This document shows, piece by piece, positions 13,080 to 25,941 of a stretch of 64,000 nt of DNA; the first letter of the stretch is position 1; the number at the start of each line of letters is the position of its first letter. The notes under the pieces were generated by a model. The model saw only the letters and a program-made list of their open reading frames with translations, ran no database searches and was not told the DNA's origin. The stretch is from Hypanus sabinus (taxonomy: Eukaryota): NCBI RefSeq assembly GCF_030144855.1, contig NW_026780939.1:496001-560000 (forward strand), in the 5' to 3' direction. Made by a program: the position numbers and the translations under genes.

Positions 13080-13460
13080 CATTGGGCATCTGTAAGGAGA
13101 AGCATTGCCGAGGTTTTGGACCAAGACCCTTCGTCGGGACTAACTGAAAGGAAAGATACGAACAGATTTGAAAGTGGGAGGGGCAAGGGGAGATCCGAAA
13201 TAATAGAAAACAGGAGGGGGGAGGAGCTGGAAAGTTGATTGGCAAAAGGAATACACAGCTGTAGAGGGGAAATGATCACGGGACGGGAGGCCTAGGAAGA
13301 AAGAAAGGGGGAGGAGCACGGTAGACAGGCAAGGAGTGATTATGATTATGAGAGGGGGAGAGAAAGAGAAAAGGAGAGAAGCAAAAGGGGGGGGGGGGAT
13401 GATTAATAAATTAATAAATAACGGGTGGTGTAAGAAAGGGAAGGTGGACTTCAACGGACG
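13080..13460 (-). mobile_element. Penelope-like terminal fragment (others at ~860-990, 20340-20780, 24960-25340, 31020-31200, 39690-40140, 41080-41690)
   Basis: Recurring GACCCTTCGTC(A/G)GGACT module and purine-rich tract; at 39700 it translates like the PLE endonuclease tail (LEAEKKLHILSGNHHRDSMNISFS). Confidence 0.55.
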
Positions 13461-16432
13461 TTGGAGAAATCTGTGTGTTACTTTTATATATCTACTTATT
13501 AATTCCATATTTGTCTATTTATTTATTTATCGGCTACTTATTGTTTTCTTTTTCTGCACAGTCGTCCATTTATTTATTTATTTCCGCATTTATTTATATT
13601 TGTTGTCATTTACAGCATGTTTGTTCTATTGAACCGGTCTACTGAAAGACTAACAATAAATTTCACGACACATTCCAGATTGGCGGCCTGGTCACCTGGA
13701 GACCAGGAGGGGGAGCTGCTTGAGGAGTGGAAGCTGATGCGTACCTGGAGCGTGGAATCAGCTCAGAGGAGCCGTTAGGACAATTCGATGCGGTTCGTCA
13801 CGGTCTGGGAGGGCCACTATTTTATGCCGCCACCGATACCTTGAAGCAAGGCGTCGAAGGCTCAGGTCGGGAGCCACAGATCGCGGCTGAATATTGCCGA
13901 CTGGCGAATTCTTTTGGGTTCTTGTGCGTTTCCAAAACCAGCGGCAGAAATGTTCCGTCACACCACCCTTTGGACATAGCAGCTGGTTCAAAGGTTAAAA
14001 GGTACAATTTAATGTCGGAGAAATGTACACAATATACATCTTGAAATGTTCTTTTTCTTCTCAAACATACCCGGAAACAGAGGCGGGGCACAAGAGTGAA
14101 CGAGAGATATATGGTAGAACCCCAAAGCCCTACCCCTTCCCACGCAGCTGCCCCCATCGTGACTCAATTATATACGTGGTTGGGGTGGCCGCACTTACAG
14201 TGACGTATATTTCTTGGCACCTTGTTCTCGGAAAACGTGAGTGAACAAGTGAGAGTGCAGGAAAAAATAATAATGATGGCAGCCGCTCTGCAGGTTGGGT
14301 GGACAATGGCAGTGTAGGGGAATCCAGAGCGACAGCGAGTGTCAGTGTTTCAGAGTGAAAGTGAAAAGATTTAAAGGGATCCGAGAAGGTGACAAGTCTA
14401 GGGAACGATTCCCGAGCGCAAGAGGTTGAGGCAATGCGATAGTAACTTTGACTTATGACGTCGATAAGACATTAAGGGGACGGTCAGTGAAATCAGGAAG
14501 CGGGGATCCGGGAGGTGGTCACGTGGTCCGCACGGCTGGGCAGGTCTGGGTGCTGCACTCCATTATGACTCTTGCCTGGGGGTTCATGCGTCAGAATTCA
14601 TTTGTTTTAACTATCCGGCCAGCAGAGGGCGCTATATCAACATTGGCCAAGCAATGAGGCTGTTCCACAGCTTCTAAAAGAAGAATCCGCTTTGCTCCTT
14701 ACTCCGCATATTATGTCCTTGCACCCACAATATCGCCGACCGTCAAGTTGCGATCCAATAATCGCCAATCCTCGTCTGTATTTATATGCAGCGGTGACGC
14801 AGGAAAGCGGTATCCATCGATGAGAATTCAGGTATTGTCCTCTTCTCTTCACTACCATCGCAGAGGAGGGGCAGGAGCCTAAAGTCACACATTCAGAAGA
14901 TCAGAGACAGATTTTGCCATTTCGTTATCAGATTTTGCAAGGGCCCACGAACCAGAGCATCATCTCACTGTTAAGAATTTTCATGACTAATTTATTTCTA
15001 CGCATTACAGCAAAACGCTATCAGAAAACTGATTTTTTTCTCTCTCTCCCTCCCCCTCTCTCTTTTTCACCTTCCCTGTCTCTCGCTCTCACTCTTTCTC
15101 TGTCTCTTCGCCTATGCACCTGCCAGTCTGTCTAACTGATTAAATTCTCAACATAAACTCATGCCCTCCCAAGGANNNNNNNNNNNNNNNNNNNNNNNNN
15201 NNNNNNNNNNNNNNNNNNNNNNNNNNNNNNNNNNNNNNNNNNNNNNNNNNNNNNNNNNNNNNNNNNNNNNNNNNNNNNNNNNNNNNNNNNNNNNNNNNNN
15301 NNNNNNNNNNNNNNNNNNNNNNNNNNNNNNNNNNNNNNNNNCGATTTTCTCTTGTTGGTTGTCATGACTCCCGATGTCCAGTGACATCGCTGCGTTCCTG
15401 CCCCGGTTCCGTGCAAATTGCGTCGTTGCCTGCGGAGTGGCAGCTATGGATGAACATCCACCAACATCCCCGAGAATCCATGAGTTGCGCAACAGGCCGG
15501 TCGACTCAAACGGCACACCCGGACCAACATGGCGATCTACGCTAACCCCATTTGTCCCGTATTCACTCACTTCCAGTCTGCATTGGATCTACACCCGATA
15601 GATACACTTTCAACCACTCGACAACTCATCATCCCAGTATTATTTATTTAACTACACTGTGTTTTGAAGTAGATGTCCTCTTGTGCAAACAGTCTGCTGT
15701 TAACTAAGATCTGTAGTTTCTTTACATTCCTGTAAATATTCGCAATTAAATGAATCTCAAGGTGGATCTGGTGACACACTGTCCATATACTCTGACGATT
15801 CATTGGCTTTGATCTTTGATCATTGAACACGGTCGTACGGGGACAGACAGAGGGGTTCTGGTCGTGGGCGGAGGCGGGTCAAGTTTACGGTTCCTTTTGA
15901 GGCGAATCCTGCGTCCGACTCGCCTCTGCGCCTGCGTCTGTGCACAAAACCGATTTGCATCGACTTTCTAAAGGTGCTGCAGTTGAAGTTGAAGAGCATT
16001 ACCCCATTCTCCCGGTACCTCTTCGCTAAACACTTGTATTACATTAAAGAGGGTGTCTCAGTCCAGGACAGTGATCCACACACTCCGGTCGTCAGACACG
16101 TAGTCTGACTCCCTCCGCACCGCTCCTGCACACACTGCCGCAATGTTAATCTATTTCTACACGGTTCCATCACACACTTCTGGGGTCAGAAAAAACACTG
16201 GCAACTTCCCTCGAAAATCTTTCTGTACGTTCCCCGGAAAAATGTATTTTGTGCGGTGTTAGTCTACCTCCTTAAATGACCTCTTCTCGAAGCTCATTCA
16301 TGATATAAGTCCATAGTCTGGATAAAGATGTTTCAACTCAGTTCCCCGTTGAATCGTTAACTCTCTCCTTTGAACTGTTCCCTCAAGAGCTTGATCATCT
16401 TTCTCCCCACCACTCTCTTTTGCCATCTTTCA

Positions 16433-16468
<36 letters not shown>

Positions 16469-17999
16469 TTTGCTGGCCATGGTGGATTTAAATATGGAAG
16501 AAAATGTTGAGACCGAATGGGACACAGACAGTAGAGTCAGGCAGATGTAGGCTCCATGTGCTTGGCGTTGTGCGAAGAAAGGATATCGCCTATTTTGTTG
16601 TTATCAATTCGAATAAATGGTCTGAGCGATTATTGGTACAGAGGGAGCAGAGTGTAGTTTGCACGCTGTTGGCCAGAGGCTCTCATTCCTTATCTCTCTC
16701 TCCCTCTCTACCCCTCTTTTTTTTCAATCTCCCCCCCCCACTCTCTCTCTCTATCTGCCTCTCTCTCCAGCTCCCTGACTTTTGTTCCTGCTGATTCTCT
16801 AACTGCTCAAAACTTTCTCACCGGTGTATCTCTTTATTTGTTTATCTGGATATCTAACTTTGTAATTCAGCGTCGCAAATGGCCATTGGTGACACCGAAG
16901 GCCACACGTCCTGCTTCATTTTACCAATCTGAATCGAGGTATGCGTCAGTAATACTCTGTCGAATCGTCATTGTCCCTCATGACATTATACATTGCTTTC
17001 TCCCCGATAGACGCGTAACGATAGCATTCTCTTCTTCCTTATCTTTCGCTCTTTCGCTCTCCCTCTCTCCTTCCATCCTTCCGTCTTTCTGTATCTCTTT
17101 CTTCCGGACTGTAGTTGTCCCTGAGTTTCTCCCTGCCTGTAAATCGCTCATCTGACTATCTCTTCGTTTATTTGTTTTGATATGTATCTCTGTGAAAAAC
17201 GCCACAGCGATGAACAGCGCCTTCGGCCAAATGAGCCAAGCTCAGATCAGAATGAAAATTACACCGGAATATCGGACAGCTGACTCGAACCTGATCAGCG
17301 TTTACGATCCGGACTTCAAACTCCTAACGGTACAGCGGATGAAAATACAAATACCCTCTAGCAAGTTTAATCCCGTCCGCCGGAGAGGAAGTGTCATTTC
17401 CATGACTAAACACAAAGGGGAGAAGGACCGCCGTCCACTGGTGCTTGGTCATTGGTGGTCTGATCTGGGAGTTCAGCGACATGAGTTCGCAAGGACGTTT
17501 CGAATTTTCAACCCTCGACCAAGCAAAACAACAGCCAGTGTCGCACTACGTGAGTCCACCAAGACCACCACCCCTAGCAATGATACTGTGCTGTTGTGAC
17601 ATACTTGGGATCAACGGCAGAATAAGTCGGATGCCATGTGTCCTACAAGCCAGCACCTATCCGAGAGAGACTCCGGCCGCTTTAGGAAAATGTGTAGCAG
17701 AGTGCTAATATTCAGGAGAAGCACTTTGTGTTGTCTGTTTAGATTTCTGTTCTGCTACTGGCCCGTTGACGTCTGCGTTACTTCCTGCGCGTCATACAAC
17801 GGGCGGTATTAAAATTCAAATGCCAAAACCAGAGCGAAGCTGGAAGTACAGTCGGTTTTGAATGACGGTGTTAGTAGTTGATGAACAAACATACTTAGGA
17901 GAGACATTGGTTTTGATTTGGTAATTAATCAGAGGTTTCTGAACTACCATCAGTAAAAACACAGATATGGATTTCCCATTTCTCATTATTTCCTGCAGA

Positions 18000-18002
<3 letters not shown>

Positions 18003-18056
<54 letters not shown>
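18003..18056. repeat. (CT)n microsatellite (also ~16435-16465)
   Basis: Direct reading. Confidence 0.9.
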
Positions 18057-18062
<6 letters not shown>

Positions 18063-18695
18063 AACTATCTATCTACCCATCTGCTTGTCCGTCTGTCTGT
18101 CTATCCATCTATCCAACCTTCTATGTATGCATGTCTGTATGAATCGATCGATCTCCCTCCCAATCATTTATCTAAATATAATTCTGCTTTCCGTTTATCG
18201 GTTGAGATCTCACTGGTATCTGTTCCGGGGAAGGTCCGACCTGTATAAACGGGACGAGCTGCATCGGTGCGCGAGGATAAACCTATACCCTTCCTGGCAG
18301 GTTTGCTCGAGCTGAACAGGAGCGTTTAAACTAATTATTAAGGTACTTATAAATAATTTAGAGAAATACTAAATAGCTTGTTTTTACTATTGTCAGAAGC
18401 ACAGTAAAGATCAGAAATGTTTTGAACGCCATCGCTACAAATAATTTAATCACTTCAGTTGTGAATGTTGCTGTGGCTGAAAGAGGCTTGCCAAATGTCC
18501 TCAGATCAGTGAGAAATTGCAGGCGCTTTCTGTATTTTTTTTTTTGAAGTGTTTCTGAAATACTTGAGGCATCTTTGCCTTTTTCTCCTGATCTGATTTC
18601 CTGTTATTCGGTTTTGGGTTGTGCGGATTGGAAGAATCAAAAGCCAATTGGAAAGTCGCACTGGGCGAGACTTGGATATTGAAGTTAATTGTGCA

Positions 18696-18709
18696 GCGGC
18701 CCCTAGTGG
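18696..18709 (-). promoter_or_regulatory. CTCF-type motif 42 bp 3' of the V4 RSS
   Basis: CCACTAGGGGCCGC. Confidence 0.65.
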
Positions 18710-18751
18710 TGGGAGACAGCGGGTCCGGAGCCTTCAGCGATTGTGCAGAAC

Positions 18752-18790
18752 AGTTTTTGTCAGGGGCGGCTCGACTTCTCAACCTCTGTG
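18752..18790 (-). other. 23-RSS of V4
   Basis: CACAGAG-23nt-ACAAAAACT. Confidence 0.9.
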
Positions 18791-19083
18791 CGCTACTACA
18801 GGCACAGAAATAGACGGCCGAGTGAGAGTGCGAGGCATTCTTTAGTTCCAGCTGAAAGAAAGTGCTGCTGGGTCTTGAGCCGCGTAGGATTCCGACGTGT
18901 AACTGGTGACGAAATCTTTCCCAGTAGAATAGAAAAGTGCTTCTATTGCCCCGTCCGGTCGCTGTCTGTACCAATACATATTATCATAGCCCGAATTCAG
19001 CAGCGTGCATTGGACGGTGCTTGACTCTCCCAATCCAACTGACAGGGAAGGGGGAAACTGCTCCACGTACACGGCCAGCATCC
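18791..19083 (-). pseudogene. TRBV: V4: second V family (CAC[S/N]S end), 1-nt deletion frameshift in FR3
   Basis: MLAVYVEQFPPSLSVGLGESSTVQC...MYWYRQRPDGAIEALFYSTG..SYAA, then the frame switches to PSSTFFQLELKNASHSHSAVYFCACSS. Confidence 0.88.
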
Positions 19084-19185
19084 CTGTAAGATATAAATTC
19101 CATTAGAGACTAATTTCTCTCAGAGATGGGGGGCCGTTCTCTGAACCTGAGTTACCTTCCCCAAAAAATTTTTATTCTGACTTAC

Positions 19186-19237
19186 GCGGGATCAATGCCA
19201 GGATCAGCGGAAGACAATATGTTCCCCGCATCATCAT
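19186..19237 (-). CDS. Leader exon of V4 (MMMRGTYCLPLILALIP)
   Basis: 17 codons + 1 nt, then GTAAGT donor. Confidence 0.85.
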
Positions 19238-19689
19238 TTGCAGAGTAGTCGCTGGCGGGCTTTGGGGTGGAGTGTCGATCAATACCCGCTTTCAGAAGAA
19301 GTATACTGCGTTGCTCGATATAATTGCTGGTGCTTATTAGCCCTGTGACGTCTGTCACTTCCTGTGTAATTAGCAGGCGGTACACTTTTCTTTCGTCGTC
19401 AGTAGAAAGCCGGAGGAGAGTGGAGGTCGCAGTTTCCGCAATGTCGCTTCATTAAGGAAACACAACTACAGGACTAGACACACACACACAAATCAAAGTA
19501 TCTATCTATCTATCTATCTACGGATCTTCCTGAATTATTCGAAATGCTTCTGTATGTTTCACCGGTCACTGACTCAGATGCTGAAAGCACGTGAACTCCA
19601 CAGGGATTTCGTGGTGGGTGAATGAAGAAGCTGTGAAGATGCATCAGCTGTGGGAAAACTCCTTGCTGTTCCTGGTTAGAAAAAAAAAA

Positions 19690-20050
19690 CTAACAATACT
19701 TCTGAGCCAGGGTTGGGTTCATCGCTTCTTGGAATGAAGGAACTACAAACTACTGATAACCTGGGATATTCACACACAACACTCTCTCGTGTTTACAGAG
19801 AATGGTGCGAAAAAATGCTCTGGTAATTATGTGGGAGAAAACGGCCTGTTCATAGCCGAGGATAGAGGAGAACGGCCAGACTCTGACAAGCTGAGAGGAA
19901 GGCGGCAGTAATTCAAGTAACCACGTGTTACAACAGTGGTGTGCAGAGGAGCATCTCTGAATGCACGATATTTTGACCCTTGAAGCGGATGGGTTGCAAT
20001 AGCAGAGGACCACCAACATACTGTGAGTGGGCATTTTATCGGGGAGGAGG
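19690..20050 (+). mobile_element. Tc1-like DNA transposon remnant (copies at ~24160-24680 and ~40370-40745)
   Basis: Decayed transposase N-terminus (RMARL.QA.RKA.VIQ.TT.YNSGVQ.SISE) and CAGTGGCC(A)TTTTATTAGGTACA terminal-repeat-like motif. Confidence 0.8.
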
Positions 20051-20866
20051 TCACAAAACGGATTTTTCCCCATCAAGTACATAACTATACAGGACATAGA
20101 TGCATGTGCGAGATATTAGCATTGCTACAGGTGCATCCGTAGAGCAAACATTTACAGAGGCACCGGTATAACTTCTGCGCGTTGTTGTGTGTCGTTCGAG
20201 TCGGACAATGTGCAGCGATATACAGGTGTGCTGCTGCCCCCAAGTGGCGAAAATCCCGTTCTGCACCTCTTGGGGAATAGATGGAAGTTTTTTCCGTGGT
20301 CGAAGACTCGTGCTCCAGCTCTCTTGACGACGTGCAGAAAAGTGTGACCTTGGACTTTTCAGCCCGAGACCCTTCATCAGGACTGCGAGTGAAACGTGGA
20401 TCGGGGGGAGGGGGACGATGCCTGAAATTCAAAGCTGCGGAATGGGTAAAAGGCCAGCTGGAATGTGTTAGGTGAAGTCAGGTGGAAGGAAAAGGTCAAG
20501 AGCTGGAGTGGGAAGAATATGATAGGAGAGGAGACGGAAAACAGGTGAAGGGGAAGGAGGAGAGGGCAAAGGGGGACGGTATATTCAGGCTGGAAGAAGA
20601 AAAAGCTAACAGTAATACACGCCATCAGGTTGAAGGGCAACCAAATGGAATATAACAGGTTGTTCCTCTACCTTGAGGGTGGCCTCTTCTTGACACGAGG
20701 TCGTCATGGACCGATACGTCGGAAGGTGACAGGGAATCGGAATTACAGTGCTGGGCACCAGAGAATTCCCTGTGCAGTTATTCGGTGAAAAGCTTGTTCG
20801 CAGAGATCAATTCATAACCTGTCGGACATGTTCACACCCAGGCTCAGACTGACATCAAGCCGGTGA

Positions 20867-20905
20867 GGTTTTTGTTCAGCTCCTCCGTCTGACCCAGTCG
20901 CTGTG
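20867..20905 (-). other. 23-RSS of V5 relic
   Basis: CACAGCG-23nt-ACAAAAACC; spacer identical to that of V15. Confidence 0.93.
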
Positions 20906-20926
20906 ATCACGCCAGGCACAGAAGTA
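20906..20926 (-). pseudogene. TRBV: V5: V15-like segment with nearly the whole V exon deleted (only YFCAWRD left)
   Basis: TAC TTC TGT GCC TGG CGT GAT fused directly to V15-like intron sequence. Confidence 0.88.
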
Positions 20927-21128
20927 TGCGGATGGCGAGAACGGCCGTGTATAGAAGAGGGAGGATTGAATTTGGGATATTTTCGTGCGGCGGTCGGTAT
21001 GGAGAAAGATCATAGTGAGGATGGAAATGTGCGGAGAAAAGCGCATAATGAGATAGAAAAGGCACAGGTCGAAAGGAGTTGAGGATCACCCTAGGGAAAA
21101 GAGAGGAATGTTAGCAAATTTCCCTCAC

Positions 21129-21165
21129 ACTGGAAGGAGACGATCAGTTGGAGAGACAGCAACAT
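21129..21165 (-). CDS. Leader exon of V5 (MLLSLQLIVSFQ)
   Basis: 37-nt exon, then GTGAGG; paralogous to the V15 leader. Confidence 0.85.
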
Positions 21166-22459
21166 CTTCCCTGGAGACTTACCACAACCCGTTCACAACA
21201 GTAGACAAGTGGTGATTGCCTCAGTGCATTCTCTTCTTCCTTATCGGTCTCCCTCTCTCTCTCTCTCCCCTCTCCCTCTCTCTCTCTCTCTCTATCTCTC
21301 TCTCTGTCTCCCTTCCTGACTGTAGTTCCCGCTGTTTCTCTCACTGCTCGTAACTTTCTCATCGATCTATCTCTTTGTTTTTTTAGCTGGATATGCATCT
21401 TTGTAATTCAGTCGTAAATGGTCGTTGGCAACACCGAAATCCACGCCCCCGGCTTCGTTTAACCAATCTGTATCGAGGCATGCGTCAGGAATACTCACTC
21501 GAATCGTCATTGTCCCTTCATGACTTTCTACATCGCTTTCTCACCGATAGATGCGTAACGATTGCATTTTCTTCTTCCTTATCTTTCACTCTTTCGCTCT
21601 CCCTCTCTCCTTCCATCCTTCCGTCTCTCTGTATCTCTTTCTCCCGGACTGTAGTTCTCCCTGAGTTTCTCCCTGCTCGTAAATAGCTCATCTGTCCATC
21701 TCTTCCATTATTTATTGTGATATTTATCTCTGTTAAAAACGCCGTAGCAATGATCAGCGCAATGAGACAATATCAGTTCAGAATGAAAAAAATACACCCG
21801 AAATCGGACAGCTCACTCGAATTTGATCAGCGCTTAGGATCCAGACTTCAACCCTCTAAAGGTACGTCAGAGAAAATTACAAATGCCCTCTACCGAGTTT
21901 AATCCCGTCCACCGGAGAGGACGTATCATTCCCATGACTAAACACAGAGGGACGGCCGCCCGCTGGAGCTTGGTCTTTGGTGTTGTGATCTGGGAGTTTC
22001 GGGACATGAGATCGGAAGGACGTTTCGAATCTTCGAGCTTCTACCAAGCCGAACCACAGCCATTGTCGCACTACCTAAGTTCACCAAGAACACCACTCTT
22101 TACCGTGGTTCTGTGCTGTTTTGACATACTTGGAATCAACTGCAGAATAAGTAGGAAGCAATCTGTCCCACAAACCAGAATCTTTCCGAGAGAGACTCCT
22201 GCCGCTTTGGAATCATGTGTAGCACAATGCTAGCATTCAGGAGAAGGACTTTGCGTTGTCTGTTTAGATTACTGTTATGCTACTGGCCCGTTGACGGCTG
22301 CGTCACATCCTGCGCATCATACATAGTGCGGCATTAAAATTAAAATGCCGAAAGACGAGCGCAGCTGGTAGTACAGTCGGTTTTGAACGACAGTGTAAGC
22401 AGTTGATGAACAGACATACTTAGGGGAGACACTGATTTTGATCTGGTAATTAATCAGAG

Positions 22460-22960
22460 ATTTACTAGGATGTTACCTGGGTTTCGATTTAATAGGATGT
22501 TACCTGGGTTTCAGCACTTAAGTTACAGAGAAAGGTTGAACAAGTTAGGTCTCTGTTCATTGGAGCGTAGAAGGTTGAGGGGGGATTTGATCGAGGTTTT
22601 TAAAATTTTGAGAGGGATAGACAGAGTTGACGTGAATAGGCTGTTTCCATTGAGAGTAGGGGAGATTCAAACGAGAGGACATGATTTGAGAGTTAGTGGG
22701 CAGAAGTTTAAGGGAAACACGAGAGGGTATTTCTTTACGCAGAGAGTGATAGCTGTGTGGAATGAGCTTCCTGTAGAAGTAGTAGAGGCGGTTCAGTTGT
22801 GTCATTTAAGGAAAAATTGGATAGGTATATGGACAGGAAAGGAGTGGAGCGTTATGGGCTGAGTGCGGGTCGGTGGGACTAGGTGAGATTAAGAGATCGG
22901 CACGTACTAGGAGGGCCGAGATGGCTTGTTTCCGTGCTGTGTTTGTTATATGGTTATTTA
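22460..22960 (+). mobile_element. 5'-truncated CR1-type LINE inserted into duplicated block B
   Basis: MLPGFQHLSYRERLNKLGLCSLERRRLRGDLIEVFKILRGIDRV...YFFTQRVIAVWNELP; the paralogous site at ~17935 is empty. Confidence 0.92.
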
Positions 22961-25941
22961 TGAACTACCATCAGTAAAAACAGTTGTGGGTTTCCGTNNN
23001 NNNNNNNNNNNNNNNNNNNNNNNNNNNNNNNNNNNNNNNNNNNNNNNNNNNNNNNNNNNNNNNNNNNNNNNNNNNNNNNNNNNNNNNNNNNNNNNNNNNN
23101 NNNNNNNNNNNNNNNNNNNNNNNNNNNNNNNNNNNNNNNNNNNNNNNNNNNNNNNNNNNNNNNNNNNNNNNNNNNNNNNNNNNNNNNNNNNNNNNNNNNN
23201 NNNNNNNNNNNNNNNNNNNNNNNNNNNNNNNNNNNNNNNNNNGCGCTAAATTAACGACACGGTGTCGGTAAACTGCAGTTAAAGAAGATTTTATTCGAAC
23301 TTCGCTGCCTCGCTTTAAAGCCTCCCTGATCCCGCACTCCTCGGGCTCGGATGCTGTAGGGGGCACGTATTCACAGTCCGCGCAGGCTTTTACCTTTGTT
23401 GGTGAAGCAGACCTGGCGCATTTTTGGGACTGGCCTTTATGCCGGTGCGCGGGCTATTTGTGAGCTGGTTCGAGTGCGCTAAGANNNNNNNNNNNNNNNN
23501 NNNNNNNNNNNNNNNNNNNNNNNNNNNNNNNNNNNNNNNNNNNNNNNNNNNNNNNNNNNNNNNNNNNNNNNNNNNNNNNNNNNNNNNNNNNNNNNNNNNN
23601 NNNNNNNNNNNNNNNNNNNNNNNNNNNNNNNNNNNNNNNNNNNNNNNNNNNNNNNNNNNNNNNNNNNNNNNNNNNNNNNNNNNNNNNNNNNNNNNNNNNN
23701 NNGAATTATCCGTAATGCATTTGTGTGTGTCTACTGATTCACTGACTCTGGACACGCAGACTGAAAGCGCGTGAAAGTCACAGGGAATTTTGTGGCGAGT
23801 CGACGCAGAAGTGGTTGTGTTAGGGCCACCACAGAACGTCGCTTGTCTCCTGCTAGGAACAGAAGCGAAAATCAGTAGCAGCTCAATATGCTGCTGCCTC
23901 GGGTTGGTCAATCTCTCCTCCAGACGGAATACTGAGAAAGGTGAGAAGGAGCAGCGAAGGTCTGCAGAGGAGATAATAAAGACAACACAACGTACACTCA
24001 GCGGCCTCATTATCAGCTCAGCTACGCACTGACCACACAGATAACCCGGTCTCTTTGTGGACAACCCGCTCTAACATCCATGACGCCGTCAATCATTGTG
24101 TCGCTTTCAAACTTACAAACCCATCTGTCCATGTTAACATTCGTTACTCAGATGATGGGGCCACTTTATTAGACGGCACTTCACCCACTCGCTAATGCAA
24201 AGGACTCATCAACCAATCGTGTTGCAGCAAGTCAATGCATGAGAGCATGCAGAAATGGTCAAAAGGTTCCATTTCTGTTCAGTCCAAACATCAGAACAGG
24301 GAAGAAATGTGATCTAATTTACTTTGAACGCAGAATGCCTATTGGTGTCAATCCGGGAGAGGTTCCGTATCTCAGAAACTGCTGAACTCCTGGGATAGTC
24401 ACACACAACGCTCTCTTGTGTTTACAGGGTATGGCACGAAACACTGTTGTGGTAATTGTGTGGGTGAAAACGTCCTGTCAATGGCCGAGGTTAGAGGAGA
24501 ACGGCCAGACTCTTTCAAGCCGAGAGGACGGCGGCAGTAATTCCAGTTACAACGTGTTACAACTGTGGTGTGCAGAGGAGCATCTCTGAATGCACAATAT
24601 GTTGAACCTTGGAGCGGATGGGCTGCAATAGCAGAGGACCACGAACATACAGTGAGTGGCCATTTTATTAGGTACAGAAGGTCACCCAGTGGATGTACTC
24701 CCCATTGATTACATAACTATAGAAGACATAGATGTATGTGCGAGATATTAGCATTGGTACAGATGCATCCATAGAGCAAACTTTTACAGATGCATCGGCA
24801 TAACTATCGCGCCTTGCTGTGTATCGTTCGAGTCGGACAATGTTCAGCGATATTCAGTGTACTGCTGCCCTCACGTGGCGAGAAGCCGGTTCTGCACCAT
24901 TTGCACAATAGGTGGAAGGGTTTTCTGTGGCCGGAGACTCACGCCCTACCGCTCTTGATGGCGAGTGGTAAAGTGTAACATTGAACGTTTCATGGCAAGA
25001 CCCTTCATCAGTACTGGGAGTGAAAAGTGCAGCGGGGTGGAGGGTGCGGGAAAATTCCTGAAGTAATAGTTGCGGGATGGTTAAATGGGGCTGGAGTGGG
25101 AAGAATATGATATATGATAGGAGAGGAGACTGAAAACAGGGGTAGGGGAAGGAGGAGAGTTTCAAGGGAGAAGCAATAGTCAGGCGAGCAAAAGAAAAAG
25201 GTAATAGTATTATACACCATCAAGTTGGAGGGTACTCAGATGGAATATAAGAAGTTGTTCCTCTACCTTGACTGTAGCCTCGTCTTGACGCCAGGGGTCG
25301 CCAAGAACCGACACGTCAGAAGTTGAATGGGAATCAGAATTATAAAGTCTGGCCCTATACAGTTATGCCGTGTAAAGCTTGTTCACAGAAAACAATTCAT
25401 TACATTTTGCATCGATACAGAGAAAGGTAATTTAATAAACCCGTTTACACTTGCTGCATCTATGAAGTTACAGTGAAAATCTGGTCTTGCATACAGATCA
25501 CAGTGCACTGGTGTAGAATAATGTTCATCAAATATGATTACATTCGACAGAGAATACCGCAGTGAGGGTGAACAGGACTAGGGAGAGGTAGATTGTGATT
25601 CCGAGAAACCATATCATTGTCCCATCCTCGAGCATAAGAGTAGGGTAACGAAGGCAGAGAAACTGCTGGATTGGTGACTGGAGCCTTTATTATCATCGGC
25701 TCCTTTACTGAGGTAACGAGATGAGCGGAATGAGGGGAGGTTTGAGCGATGTGCTGAGCTGTGGGCAGGGCCCTCTCGGGTTTCCTGCCGTCAGTTGCAG
25801 ATCAGCTGGTACAGCAGGCCGTTATTCATCAAAGCCCCTTTGCTTGTCGATGTGATATCCGAGGTAGCAGGTGCACGCGCGGAAAGGCAGCGGAGTGCAG
25901 CCCGTTCGTGACAGAAAGGAACAGTCGAACACGGTCTTGTG

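Noticed and set aside
23390-24064. 224-aa ORF, and other long ORFs such as 38917-39810 and 2769-3665
   Set aside because: Inflated by N gaps or low-complexity purine/pyrimidine tracts; no recognisable domain.
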